DNA of 64,000 nt. It comes from the human T2T-CHM13v2.0 reference genome, Homo sapiens. The notes beneath the pieces were generated by a model. That model saw nothing but the letters and a program-made list of their open reading frames with translations. It was not told where the DNA came from and ran no database searches. The stretch is from the NCBI RefSeq assembly GCF_009914755.1, contig NC_060928.1. One strand, 5' to 3'. Shown one piece after another: positions 51,085 to 64,000 of this stretch. A program made the position numbers and the translations under genes. Position 1 is the stretch's first letter; every line of letters starts with the position of its first letter.

Positions 51085-53297
51085 GTATGTTTTCATTTCT
51101 TGCTTTTGATTTGTTGTGTATCTGTTATAGGATTTTTTATTTGAGGTTGCTATCAGATTTGCAAGTAATGACTTATAACCCAGTATTTTAAACTGGTTGA
51201 CAACTTAATTCTGATTACAAAAATAAATGAGCATACTAACAAATGAAAAGAAAACTAAGAACTCTATACTTTAATCCTCCCACTTTTTAACTTTTTGTTC
51301 TTTCTATTTATATCTTATTATAGTGTCTATGTCTTGAAAAGATGTCATTATTTTTGATTGGTTCATCTTTTAGTCTTTCTACTCAAGATATGAATAGTTT
51401 AGACACCACAATTACAGTGTTATAATATTCTGTGTTTGTGTACTAACTATAACTAGTGAGTTCTGTACCTTCAGATAATTTCTTACTGCTCATCAACAAA
51501 CCTTTTTTTTCCAGACTGAATAACCCTCTTTAGCATTTCTTGTGAAACAAGTCCGGTATTAATGAAATCCCTCAGCTTTTGTTTGTCTGGGAAACTATTT
51601 CTCCTTCATGTTTGAAGGCTATTTTTTTGTTACATAAACTATTCTAGAATAAAAGTTTTTTCTTTTTTATTCAGCACCCTAAATATGTCATGCCACTTTC
51701 TCCTGTACTGTAAGGTTTTCAATGAGCAGTCTGTCCAAGTTCTTTTGTATGTGTTTCTCTTCTCTTGCTGCTTTTAGGATCCTTTCTGTATCTTTGACCT
51801 TTGGGAGTGTGATTATTAAACGTCTTGTGGTAGTCTTAGGTTAAATCTGCTTGGTGTTCTATCACCTTCTTGTACTTGAATATTGTTATCTTTCTCCAGA
51901 TTTGGAAAGTTCTCTGTTATTTTCCCTTTGAATAAATTTTCTACCTCAATCTCTCTCTCTGCCTCCTCTTTATAGCCAATAATTTATAGGCTTACCCCTT
52001 TGAGGCTATTTTCTAGATTTTGTAGGTGTGCTTCTTCCTTATTCTTTTGTCTCCTCTGACTGTAATTTCAAATATCATTTCTTCACATGCATTAATTCTT
52101 TCTCTTGCTTGATTAATTCTGCTGTTGAGAGACTCTGATGATTACTTCAGTATGTCAATTGCATTTCTAAGCTCCAATATTTCTGCTTGATTTTTTAAAA
52201 AAATATTTTCTTTGTTCAATTTATCTGATACCATTATGAATTCCTTCTGTGTTATCTTGAATTTCATGGAAATTTCTCGAAAGAGCTATTTTGAATTATC
52301 TGTCTGAAAGGTCACATATCTCTGTCACTGATCAGAGAGACTGGTCCTTGGTTCCCTATTTAGTTCATTTGGTGAGGTCACATTTTCCTAGATGGTCTTG
52401 GAGCTTGTGGACATTTGCTGGTGTCTGGGCATTGAAGAGATAGGTATTTATTGTAGTCTGCACAGTCTCAGCTTAGTTGTAACTGTCCTTCTTGGGAAAG
52501 CTTTCAAAGTATTCAACGAGGATTGAGTGTTGTATCTAAGTTTTTGGTCATTGTAGCTGTATCCACATTAGGGAGCACCCCAAGCCCAGTAATGCTGTAA
52601 CTCTTGCTGGGTTTTAGAAGTACTGCCTTGGTGTTATTGGATAAGATCTGAAAGATTTCCCTGACAGAAATTCTTGTTCTCTTCCCCTACTTTCCCCCAA
52701 ACAAACGGAGTCACTCTCTCCCTTGGCTGCCCCAGCTGGTGGCTCACTATGTCACATACACTCCAAGTCCACTGTCTCTGAGTCCCAGAATTGCACAAGG
52801 GACTTGCCCAGGAATAGCAGTCTTTGTGGCCTAGAGTGTCTTTCAAGTTTATTGAGAACCCCAGTGCTATTTAGCCTATAGTGGTGGCTGGAACTCAGGT
52901 TTTGACTGCTGGGATGGACTATTCCCTTATAGCTAGGGTTGGTTTAAATGCTTCTTCCTTGGGCACTGGCTGAATTCTACCTTGTGTTGCTTTCCACTGT
53001 GAGATGCAGCACTGAATTCCAATGCAATCACTTTGCTCTCTGTCTTCCAAGCACACAGATCTCTCTCCATGCCACATGGCCACTGCTGGCAGATAGGGGA
53101 GCAGTGATGTCAGTTATTCAAGCTTCTTTCCTACCCTGTTCCAGGCCTCTTGTGTTTAAAACCAGGTACTGTGATTGCTCACCTGATTTTTGGTTCTCAT
53201 GAAAGTGCTTTCTTGGGTGGACAGTTTTTCTATTTATTTTTCCTACAGGGGGAGGATTGCTGGAGAGTTTTATTCAGCCATCTTGCTTCGCCTCTTC

Positions 53298-55650
53298 TAG
53301 ATCCACATTTTGTATTTGTATTTTACTTCTTTGCCCGAAGAACTTCCTTTAACTTTTTTGTAGTTCTGAGTAGTTCTGGCAATACTTTCACTCAGTATTT
53401 GTTGGTCTGACAAAATCTTTTATTTTTAAAATTTTGAAATATATTTTCATTGTATATAGAATTTTAGATTAAAAATTTTTTTATAAGCAGTTTAAAAATG
53501 TTACTCCATCATCGTTTGTCTTGCATAGATTCTGATGTAAGATCTGCTGTAATGCTAAATATAATTTTTTTTCTCTTATTTTAACATTTTGTCTTTGTCT
53601 TTGGTTTGGAGAAGTTATACCTGAATATTTCTGTTTCTGTTGGCATTTTGTTTCTTTTGAAATGTATCCAATTTGTATCCTCTGAGATCCTCGGCACATA
53701 GTGTAGTATCTCATTAATTTTTGAAAAATTCTCAGTCACTATTTTTTCAAATAATTTTTCTCACTTGTGTATCTTCTCCTTCTGAGATTCCAAATAAATA
53801 TTTATTAGGTCATTAAATATTATCCCATAGCTCACGGATACTCTCTTCTTCTTTTAATTCCTTTTTTCCTTCGCGTTTCATTTTGAGTAAATGTATTGAC
53901 TTGTTTTCAAGTTTATTGATGAATTCCTCCACTATGATGATCTGATGAGCCCATCAAAAGCATTTCTCATCTTTCATACTGTTTTTTGTTCTAGCATTTT
54001 TGTTTCGTTCTTATAGTTTTCATCTCTCTACTGAAATTACCCACCTGATCATTCATGTTGTCCACCTTTTCTACTAGAGGTCTTAACCTATTCATAATAA
54101 TTATTTTTAATCCTGCATTTAATAATTATAATACCTGTATCATAACTGAGTCCTATTCTATTGTTTACTTTATTTCTCAACAGTATTTTTCTTCTTTCTT
54201 CTTTTCTTATCTTGTAATTTTTTGTTGAAGATTGACAGTTTGTGTAGGACAGTAGAGACTGAGGTACATAAAAGGTATATGCCTAGATATGAGCACCCAT
54301 TTTCTTCTATGGAGTATTTAATAAATTTCATCAGCAGTTAAGCTGTATTTGGTTTTTATTGTTTATATATTTATCCTCAGTATACAACACACTTCAAATT
54401 CCCCTGGCATTACCTTAGATTTAAAGTAGGGGCTGGTTTGTCCGAGATGTTTTCTTAATGTCTCCTCCACCCACAACTTTCAGCCTTACATTTGTGCTGT
54501 GCCTCAAAGATGGTTTCTCTTTATGCTCTTGACTCTCTCCCAGCAGTGAATTTGTCACCTGATACTTGACATTTGTTAACTCAGTGATGGAAAGTTTGTG
54601 TATGTGGTGGTGGTAGAAGGTTGTTCTCTGTTGTTCTGATTAACTTGAATATTAGGCAGGTACTTTGTTTGTAGGTCTTGAGGATGGGCCTTCTCAGCGA
54701 GTCTGCCTTCCTAAGCTACAAGTTGTGGCCCAACATATTTTCCTGCTGAGGATTGAGAGTATTTTATTCTTCTTTTCTTGATTGCAATGGGCTTTCACGA
54801 GGGGCCTAAGGGAACAGTCCCTTTTGCCTTTGTACCACTGGTTTAGGGCTTTTGTTCCATAGCAGGAATAGACAAGGGTCCAGGTGGAAATTGAGCCTTT
54901 CTTTTTTTTTTCTCTGAGACGGAGTCTTGCTCTGTCACCTACGCTGGAGTGCAGTGGTGCAATCTCGGCTCACTGCGGCTCACTGCAAGCTCCGCCTCCC
55001 AGGTTCACACCATTCTCCTGTCTCAGCCCCCCAAGTAGCTGGGACTACAGGCACCCGCCACCACGCCTGGCTAATTTTTTTTTTTTTTTTTTGTATTTTT
55101 AGTAGAGATGAGATTTCACTGTGTTAGCCAGGATGGTCTTGATCTCCTGACCTCATGAACTGCCTGCCTTGGCCTCCCAAAGTGCTGGGACTACAGGCAT
55201 GAGCCACCGTGCCTGGCCCGAAATTGTGCCTAAGAGTGACTGCTTATCCTCTCTTCTAAGCTCTCATCACAGGGATGCTTCCTCTTGCCCTAGTTGTTTC
55301 TCTGAGTATCTACTGAGATCCATGGCTATGAATGGATACAAATTCCCCTTGTATCTACAGCCTCCAGGAGTTCAATGTTCTCTCCGTCACTCCTTTGCCA
55401 TTAGCCTTTATTAAAACTTTTAGCTGGATTCTTACTGTTGTCTCATGGCATCTTCTCTAGGAAAGTGAGTTATTGTGTCTCTTCACTCATTCGAGGCACC
55501 TGCCTTTCCTCAGATTTCCACTTAGTTTGTTGCCTTTTTACCTCAGTTCTCTGATGAGTGTGAGAAAAGTTGTGAACGTAGAGGTTTTCTATTATTTTTC
55601 TTACAACGGTGGGAGTGTTGCTTTTTTCCACTTTCTAAATCCTAAGTAGA
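53298..55650 (-). mobile_element. Ancient L1M 5' region (continuation of host element)
   Basis: aagaacttcctttaac; tgatgagcccatcaaaagcatt; very diverged beyond ~54300. Confidence 0.55.
54899..55218 (-). mobile_element. AluY with 10-bp internal duplication and expanded linker
   Basis: gcaagctccgcctccc; cggctcactg x2; TSD gaaattgagcct / gaaattgtgcct. Confidence 0.95.
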
Positions 55651-57087
55651 AGCCCAGTAACCAAATCATTCATTCATATATATATATATATTTAATTTGA
55701 ATCTAATGGGTTCTCATAAGAAAAAGAAATTCTCTTCTGCATTTCAAAGTGCCTTTCCTCATTTTGAGCATGATAACAACACCTCCTCTCTATTAAGTAT
55801 TGACCTTTGTTGAGAATTTTAGATATAGTATCTCCATTAATTATTTCTGATACACTAAGATGTAAGTTTATAAAACAATCATTTGTGTATATTTGTGTGT
55901 ATGTATATGTATGTGTATGTAATTATTTTGTTACCCTTACAGTGTTTCTATCATTGCCCAAGAATCATTTCTTGGAAGACTAAATTACAAAGGAACATAC
56001 AGTTATGTTCCTGGGCTTAAAGCCCATGCATACAAATTCCCAAACACTAAATATTTTATTTTGTGTACAATGTCTCCTAACACACCCAAGGAAATGCAAA
56101 TCAAATTTTACAGGGTATTTTTCTCAGATTCTTGTATATAGAACAAATTCAACCCTCAAATATTTTACACATTTCTGTTCCAATTAACATTTTAATAAAA
56201 TACAGCATTGCTTTCTTGACAACATAATTTTGAATATCAAACCTTTAGATTTAAAAAAATCTACTAAATTTCTTAGTCTACAATTTAAAACAAAACCTGG
56301 ACTAGCTAAATTGTAAAAAACGTATTTTTTTTAATTAAACAAGTAAACATTTTGAAGAAAATTAAACTTAGTTTTTCATATTAATGTTTTACAATTCATT
56401 TTATTATAATCCAAATGCAATCTAAAATGCCCTTTAGATAATTCAGAAGAATTTGTTGAGCAAACATATTAATGATGGCCAGAGTTCCCTACAACTCACA
56501 ACATTGATGCTTAGCTGAGACTATTATCCATCAAATGAGAGCTTTCTGTAGGAGACCTGCTTACAGAGAAATTGGGAAATTTATTATGTTTTATACATTT
56601 AATAGTGTCTTAAAATATCTATTTTTTAAACACACAGAAAAAAGAATTATTTCACTTTTTAAAAATCATAGTATTGGATTGTGCATTCTTTGCATGTTGG
56701 AACAATATTATTGGTGTTTTGTTTGTCTTGTTTTACAAGGGATCTTGCAAACAGATAATTAAAAATATGAGCAATCAGGTGTGAGAAATAACTCCATTAT
56801 TATCCCAACACTCTCAGTAAATTGTTATTCAATATTACAAGTAAGAATAAGATGAAAACAATTTTCTTTTCTATTATTAGATTTTTAAGTGGAATCTACC
56901 TTGGTATATATATTAGAATTACATTTTATGAAATACAGAAACAATTCCCAGATTGACTTACCTTTTTGACTACTCTTCCTTCTTATTCTGGTAGGTTTCT
57001 AACTTTAGCCACCATCACTCTCCCTTTCTTTTCTCCTTCTTTTTCCTTTTTCTTGAGACTGGTAAAGTTTCTCTGTCCTTCAGTTAG

Positions 57088-57537
57088 TGTTTGGTGGTAT
57101 TTGGCTGAGGTCTCCAGAAGGAGATTCAGAGAAGAAGGTGATTACACAGGAACTTTATTAGAAAATGTTTCTATAGCAACTCTCATGGAAAGGAAGGGGA
57201 GGAAGCAGGATTGGGTAGAAGAAAGTGAGCTGTGTTACAGTCTCAACAAAGGCCTCTGCAAGTCCCGTGGAGAGATCCAAAGCTTGGATAATCTTTCAGA
57301 GCTATGACTTGGGGCGAGGGATTTGGGTCTTAAATTCCCATGTGGATTAGTCATTGGGTGAATTGCCTGGGGAAGTACCTGTGCGCTTTGAGGTAACTCT
57401 CTTTACCAAAGTACTTCCTAAAAAGGCCTGACAATTGAAGGATGTCCACATGAAACACGCTATGCAAGTAAAAGAATAAGTTTATTCTAGAAGGGGGAAT
57501 TAGATAACAGTTACAGCAGCCACAGCAGTTCACTGCA
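57088..57537 (-). mobile_element. LTR16A-like ERVL LTR
   Basis: ggaagcaggattgggtagaagaaagtgagctgtg...caacaaaggcctc resembles antisense LTR16A. Confidence 0.7.
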
Positions 57538-59400
57538 CCACTCAGAATCACATGTTTATACTAAATCTGGGAGCAGCTCCTACAGTTTCCAGGGTGGCAG
57601 GGGGAAGAGAAATCCTGAGAAATTAGTGAACCAAAACTGTTACGCCTTTCCTGCTCTATCATTTTTAGATTTCCTTGATCACAAGCTAGAATGTCTACTG
57701 TTCTTGGTGGCTCACCTGGTAACGTGACCCAGACCTCCAACCCTGAGAAGTCTGAGCCCTGTATGCTGTTCTGTCTAGCCATGGTTGCTACATTATTTTT
57801 TTCTATTTACCATAGCAGTTATGCACAGGAATGCAAAGAGGCACCCAACTAGATTACCATGGTTGAAACATATTTCTTCCTGTTCCGTTGTGTAACAGCA
57901 GCCCTACCGGGTTATCAAGATCAACTATCCCTTCTATGATGGTGAGTCTTCTTGTTGATTCCTGGTCTCTTGGCATAAGGAAACCAAAATGACAACAATC
58001 CCTATTCATAAAAATATCAGATATCCCAGTGCTGGAACACTGACCCAGTTGCAACTGATCTTTATAGTTAAATGGAACTATTTTTGTGTCCCCTGATTGA
58101 AGTGTTTCCTCTTTGGGAAGGAGGACTTATAAACTTTCATAGTTCACAGTTGTAGAAATGGAAAACACACATTCCCCAAAAGCTGTGATAGCAGAGTATC
58201 CCCTCTCCCTAGCACTTAGATTCTGGGTCCAAGTATTCTATCCCTTAAAGATATAGCACCATATAAAATCCATTGATTTAGAATGCCCTGCATCCTGGAA
58301 CATGGCACCCCATACTCCCAAGTTACTGTGTCTAAGCTGGTGCTCCAACTAAGGAGGACTTATAAACTTTCATAGTTCACAGTTGTAGAAATGGAAAACA
58401 CACATTCCCCAAAAGCTGTGATAGCAGAGTATCCCCTCTCCCTAGCACTTAGATTCTGGGTCCAAGTATTCTATCCCTTAAAGATATAGCACCATATAAA
58501 ATCCATTGATTTAGAATGCCCTGCATCCTGGAACATGGCACCCCATACTCCCAAGTTACTGTGTCTAAGCTGGTGCTCCAACTATGCTTTCACCATCTCT
58601 TTCCATCACTTTATTAGCCAGAGCTTATGGGTAGGATAGTATATAATATAACCAACAAATCTCATGATCTCTGCTCACACCTTTGCTCTGCATGTCTTTT
58701 GCTATAAAGTAGTTCTGTGCTGCTGGTGAATTAGTCTTTAGAATCTCAGATAGTGCTGATGGCTACAAACCTGAAGTCCAACAATACACACCTATAATGA
58801 GACTATAAGTATATTCCTATCAAAATAAACCATTGCCACTTCCTAGGTAGAAGGGGTCAGTGTAGTCAGTGTGCTGCCAAAAGGAGGGTTTGTTCCACAT
58901 TGAGGCTCATCATTGTTTTCCATTGCTGACTTGAATATGCCTCAATGGCAGTACTTAGTCTACTGCTGTAAATGGGAGCTTAGCCTCCATCCCTACCACT
59001 ATGGCTTCCAAGTATGCATCTATTGTTCCAGCACTGGGATATCTGATGAAACACGTTAGCAGAGGTCACTGGTTGATAGTTTTGTTGACCTGGTTAGTTG
59101 GTGCCTATTCGCTTTCTACACAGTGCAGGTGACCAACTGTATTGCGTACAGCTCTACTGTGTGGAAGGATTTTTTTCTCACTATCTTCTTTCAAGATTAC
59201 CTTCTTTCAAGTGTAGCTTCCAGCCATTTCCAAGTTGTACCCACATACTGAGCGAACCCATTAATCAAGATTTGTTTCTGCCTCTTTCGTCAGTTGCTCA
59301 CAGGTGACCCCTTCATCAGTCATTAGATGTAAGTTACTTCTAGGACTGAAAATTTGGATAAAGCAGTTATCCCAAATGGCAGACAACCAGCAAATTTCTG
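57538..59400 (-). mobile_element. ERVL-class internal region (HERV16/ERV3-16A3-like), degraded pol/dUTPase
   Basis: ORF 57854-58054(-) HFGFLMP...IIEGIVDLD...GLLLHNG resembles the ERV-L dUTPase; adjacent to the LTR; right boundary approximate. Confidence 0.7.
58118..58583. repeat. Perfect 233-bp tandem duplication
   Basis: 58118-58350 is identical by eye to 58351-58583. Confidence 0.97.
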
Positions 59401-60567
59401 CTATCAGCAGTCCCAGCATGTAGAGGAATAAGTCCTTTATTCTTGAAGAGATAGCTTGGTGTCTGTGATACAATTTATATTTGCAACTAGGATAATAATT
59501 TCCTAGAGTAGAAAAGTAGAATATATGACTAAGATTTACCCTAAGATGACAGGTGTCATGATACTTTGTCCCACTGCACACAGAATTCAAGAGATAAACT
59601 ATTAGTAATTATTCTCAAACTGTAGTTAGAATATATAGAGACCAAGTCTTCTTAGCCAGAACATTTCTCTATTAACATTCATTCTTACCAAAAGTCAAGT
59701 GCAAAATCCAGTTTAGATGTAAAAAATATTCTATAATCTGGTCTTAATTGATATTTCAAACTAATTTCTTACTTAATTCAATCATTTACTCTATGTTTTC
59801 ATAGCCGTCCAATTTATACTCATGACAGGCCTATATTTTACATTGTACTGTTACCTACATTTTATATATGTGGCAGTGAGAGCTTAGAGAAAGTTAGTAA
59901 ATTGCCTAAGGCCAAAAATTTTCCTAGTGATAGTGTAATCTACTATTCTTATTTACTCCAAAATTTTATTCATATGGTCATCCATGTTTGACAAATACCT
60001 TATTGACTTAGAAATGGAAGTGTAGTCAAACTAACAACCAAAAAATGTTTAACTATTTAAAACACCTTGTCCTAATGTATTAACCATTTAACTGTCTAAG
60101 CCAACAATCTATACCACTAGTCTTTCAATAAACTAATATGGAAAGTATTTTTATGAATAGGGATTGTTGTACTGTTTTTAAAATTCCAGAGTTCAGTAAA
60201 TAGCTGCTTATTTTATATCTTTGACTTTGTACAATGTATCTAAAGTAAATTCCCTACAAAATTAATTAATAGCCTCTGAGGTGCAGAATGAGATAATAGA
60301 AAGAGGATTGTAGGACAAGAATAATAAAGCAAAGGGGTTTGGTTCAGATTTCTCAGATCTGTAAACAACAAACAAACAAACAAACAAAAAGGTATCTAGA
60401 AAGTAATAATTTCCCATGAAGTTAATATATTGATAATATCAGTAAACATAGTGTTCAAATGATCATTGCCATACAGGATTCTGTAAGCTGTAGCTTTTTT
60501 TTTTTTAATATTCCTTACCCAAATCACTATTATGATTTCAATTGATGAAAGAACTATAAACTTGTAA

Positions 60568-60866
<299 letters not shown>

Positions 60867-60973
60867 TAATCTTGTAATTTCTAAGAGGTTCAGTTTTAGG
60901 GGATTTAACCACAGTCAGATTATGAATCATATCTTAGATCTCTTTTCCTTAGAATGGCACCTGGGTTAAGGGT

Positions 60974-61349
60974 GGTTTGTTGGTTTATAAGGGATGACAT
61001 AATAAAGTATCACAAACTGGATGATGTAATCAACAGAATTTTATTTTTTCACAGTTCTTGAGGCTAGAAATCTGAGATAAAAATATTGGTAGGGATGGTT
61101 TCTTCTGGGGCCTCTCTCCTTGCCTTGTTGATGGCTTCTTCATGTTCACAGAGAGTTCTCCCTTTGTTCCCAAATGTCTTCCTCTTATAAGGATGTCACT
61201 CATGTTGAATTAGGGTCCATGCTAGTGACCTCGTTTTAACTTAATTACCTCTTTACAGACCCTGTCTCCAAATATGGTCATATTTTGAGGTATAGGAGAT
61301 AGGAGTTCAACACAGGAATTTTCGGGGGGACACAAGTCAGCCTATAGCT
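60974..61349 (-). mobile_element. MLT1B-like MaLR LTR
   Basis: cacagttcttgaggctagaaatctgagat...ttaacttaattacctctttacagaccctgtctccaaata...ggggggacacaa. Confidence 0.85.
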
Positions 61350-62179
61350 AGTGGGAGTGCTTGTAGAAGTTGCTGGGTGATGCTGGGCCTTGGTTGTTTT
61401 CTGGGCTCTCTGGCATGCCTGGAGGTGTATATCATCTGGTCTGCCCAGCAGCCACTCTCTGAGCTCTTAGTTGTCAGATCTACATGCCTTTCTGCCAATA
61501 CCATCCCTTGTCCTACCATGAGATCTCTGGGTCTGTTGGCTGTCTATCTCAGTGGGCTTCTAAGTCCTTCAGGAGTTTGGGGAAAGGTTTGAATCTTGCA
61601 GACTGCACTGGCTGCAGGCCTGACTATGACACTGCCTTAGTCCTTCACTGCCTCTAATACTCCAGGAAGCCATTTTTTTTTTGCTCTCCTGTTCCTTCAT
61701 GGATATTGCTTTCTTGTGAGCAGGCATAGAATCCTCTTTGCTTTAAAATCCCCAAACTTTTCTATTGATTTATTATCTTCCTTTTGGAGACATTAGTACA
61801 GTCTGCTTCCCAGTTGTCCTCCTTTCAATGTTCTCCTTTCACTCAAATCTTGATTTTTTTTTCGTTGTTATATAGCAGAAGGGGAGGTAATGGGGGAGTA
61901 AAGAATGGGCTCTCCCTAAAGATATATTATTCTACAGTCTATTCATTCTTTCATCTAGATGTATATGTTCAGTGGAAAAGTAAGAATTTTTCTCCCCTGA
62001 AAATTTGATTTCTTAAAGATTTGGTAGCCTCATGTCTTCTATACTGAATGGAGGAGTGTCCTAGTTAAAAAGATGGGACAGGTAAAAAGCATATGTTAAT
62101 ATTTCCAAAAGTTATTCCTCTATGTAATTTATGTCGAAACCTTAATACTAGTAGTCAAGGGTGCAGCCCTTCTAGTAAA

Positions 62180-62290
62180 AATCCTGGGTGAATTTAGGCC
62201 TGTCCTTTTTTCTGGATCCCGGTTACTCATGTATAAAATGGTATAGATGATAAGAGAAGTCCTTTCCAGCATAAAATTCTGTGCCTCTGA
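62180..62290 (+). mobile_element. MIR3-like SINE fragment
   Basis: ctcatgtataaaatgg...gtcctttccagcataaaattctgtg. Confidence 0.5.
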
Positions 62291-63289
62291 AATGATATAT
62301 TGAAGTTTACTCCATCTACTAAAGAACTACTTTCTATAGGTATTTTAAAATGAACAAAAATGAGATGCCTATCTTCTTCCAGTTTTTAATTTCATGATTG
62401 CCTGTGGGGTTTTGCCAATACTCATTTTCTTTGTTAAAGTTACAAATGATTATATTTTTATATGACTTTCCAGGCAATTCCACAGTCCTCAAATTTTTTC
62501 ATGACCTATCATTTAAGAAAGAAATGATAGATTATCAGTCCACAAAATTGACAGGGTTTCTCTTTGAGAACAACCAGATAAATAAAATTACATATGGTCA
62601 ATAATTTCAAAATCAGCTCTAAACAATTCATATTTCAAAATAGTACTTATTGAGTTACTTGTTTTGAATATCTTGGAGACCAGCCCTGCTTTTGTTGACA
62701 GTATTTCTGGGAATGTTGACATTCCAGCAGCAGCACCCATCAGTTTAGGGGTAAGTGTTTGGAGTATGGGATGGTATAGGAGATTGTAACTCACCCTCTA
62801 TAAAGTCTGCTAATCTGGTTTTACCTGATTCTAGTTCTTATGAGGTTTTGAAGGGAAAGCCCGAGTGTCAGCCTTGAGCAAAGTGTTAGAGTTGAACTAT
62901 AAAGCCTTCAAAAACATACAGAATTATAATTACGATGGGTGAAATTTTAAATGGTTGAAGGCTCATTTTGTGTAAACATGTTGAAACCTGACTTGATTTA
63001 AGCCATTTCTCTTAAATATAGCCAGAAAACTTTACAATGTCATGTTTCTGGTGTCATGTCTACTACTGCTATTTGCTGCCCAAACAGTTGGCAAAATTTC
63101 AATAAGAGATTTGCCTGAGTCTAAAAGTTGTCCCTGGGAATAGAATAGGACAATACAATGAGACTGTGTGTTATATTCTCTGGGGGTAAGTAATATAAAA
63201 ATTCAATAATAATTAACAACAAAAAGTTGGAATTTTTTGTTTGGTTTTATTTCTAAAAATAAAGTCTTGTCAAGCGAGCTTTATATTTT

Positions 63290-63830
63290 TCCTCATTTGG
63301 TAGGCCTGGCAATTGTCAATTAAATGGGTACTATGTTGGGCGACATCATGACTCCCTGCCTCTGTCCGTGCTAGTCCTTCTGTCCAGACTGTATACACCT
63401 TCCTCAATCCTTCATCGTCTCTCTCCTCTTTTCTCTATATGACTAACTCCAACTCATTCTTTAAGATTCATTTGGAAAGTTGCTTCTGGCAGGTGACAGC
63501 TTCTCTAGACAGATTTTGTTATTTTTCTTCACTGTGTTTTCATAGCATTTTTATATTGATTTTGTAATATGCATCATATCATGTTGTAAGAACTCTCCTG
63601 ACTGGAAAATTATCATACGTGAAGCCATAACATTTCTTGCCTTTCCCATAGTACATTGAACATAGTAAACACTGAAAAAAATGACTAAGTGAAAAACTTC
63701 ATTCATAAGGGTAGTTTGTATGTCAGATCAAAGGCTTGTTTCCACATCTGCAAGAAAATACTTAGGTTTATTATGATTGTAATGTTAAGTGATTGTAGTA
63801 CTTGCCTACATAGAGTCTTAAGCCTGAAAA
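63290..63830 (+). mobile_element. L2 3' fragment followed by MIR fragment
   Basis: ctaactccaactcattctttaagattca; catagtaaacactgaaaaa; gtttccacatctgcaa. Confidence 0.5.
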
Positions 63831-64000
63831 AGAAGGTGGAACAGAAAAGTGACTTATGACAAATCAGATTTAATGTAGTTTAAACGTATTCGTGGGGATG
63901 GGGTTTGAGGTAGAAACAACCCAAGAGTACGATCCTTGAACTTGTTATAAACCACAACAACGAAACACAACGAAAACTAAAAGTCTCACACTAAACCTAC

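Larger units (their letters stand above)
47499..53297 (-). mobile_element. L1MA (MA2/3-like) spanning 3'UTR to 5' end; most of ORF2 deleted; three nested inserts
   Basis: 3'UTR ggggtatcaatcacctcaagcatttatcc; ORF2 start MAWS..PYLLTITLNVNALNSP-like reading; 5' end cagccatcttg (YY1 motif); degenerate TSD tagatacaagtttt / tagatccacatttt. Confidence 0.85.

Noticed and set aside
56966-57307. 113-aa ORF with a hydrophobic N-terminus
   Set aside because: TTG start; derived from a pyrimidine tract plus antisense LTR16A
57854-58054. dUTPase-like ORF as a domesticated gene
   Set aside because: Short, non-ATG, degenerate ERVL remnant
61350-61900. GC-richer block with two overlapping short ORFs
   Set aside because: No recognisable protein or family; probably a decayed TE that I cannot assign

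Overview
AT-rich, CpG-depleted primate (human-like) non-coding DNA, roughly half of it recognisable transposable elements. It contains nine Alus, three THE1 LTRs and one MST/THE1D LTR, plus MER11, MER21, MER34, MER50, LTR10 and MLT1 LTRs. There is also LTR16A with ERVL internal sequence, Tigger3b, MER6, MADE1, L2/MIR relics and several L1s, including a near-full-length L1PB, an internally deleted L1MA and a 5'-inverted L1PA. No protein-coding gene, RNA gene or CRISPR array can be supported; the ORF track is explained by repeats or chance. Subfamily names come from recalled consensus sequences and need RepeatMasker/Dfam confirmation. I cannot support a new biological system. The best leads are: (1) a perfect p53 response element in an LTR10 about 2 kb from a divergently oriented THE1A carrying an intact DUX4 motif; (2) very recent 233-bp and 165-bp tandem duplications; (3) fold-back micro-arrays; (4) a 275-codon antisense ORF in the L1PB 5'UTR; (5) a weak candidate terminal exon at 1712.
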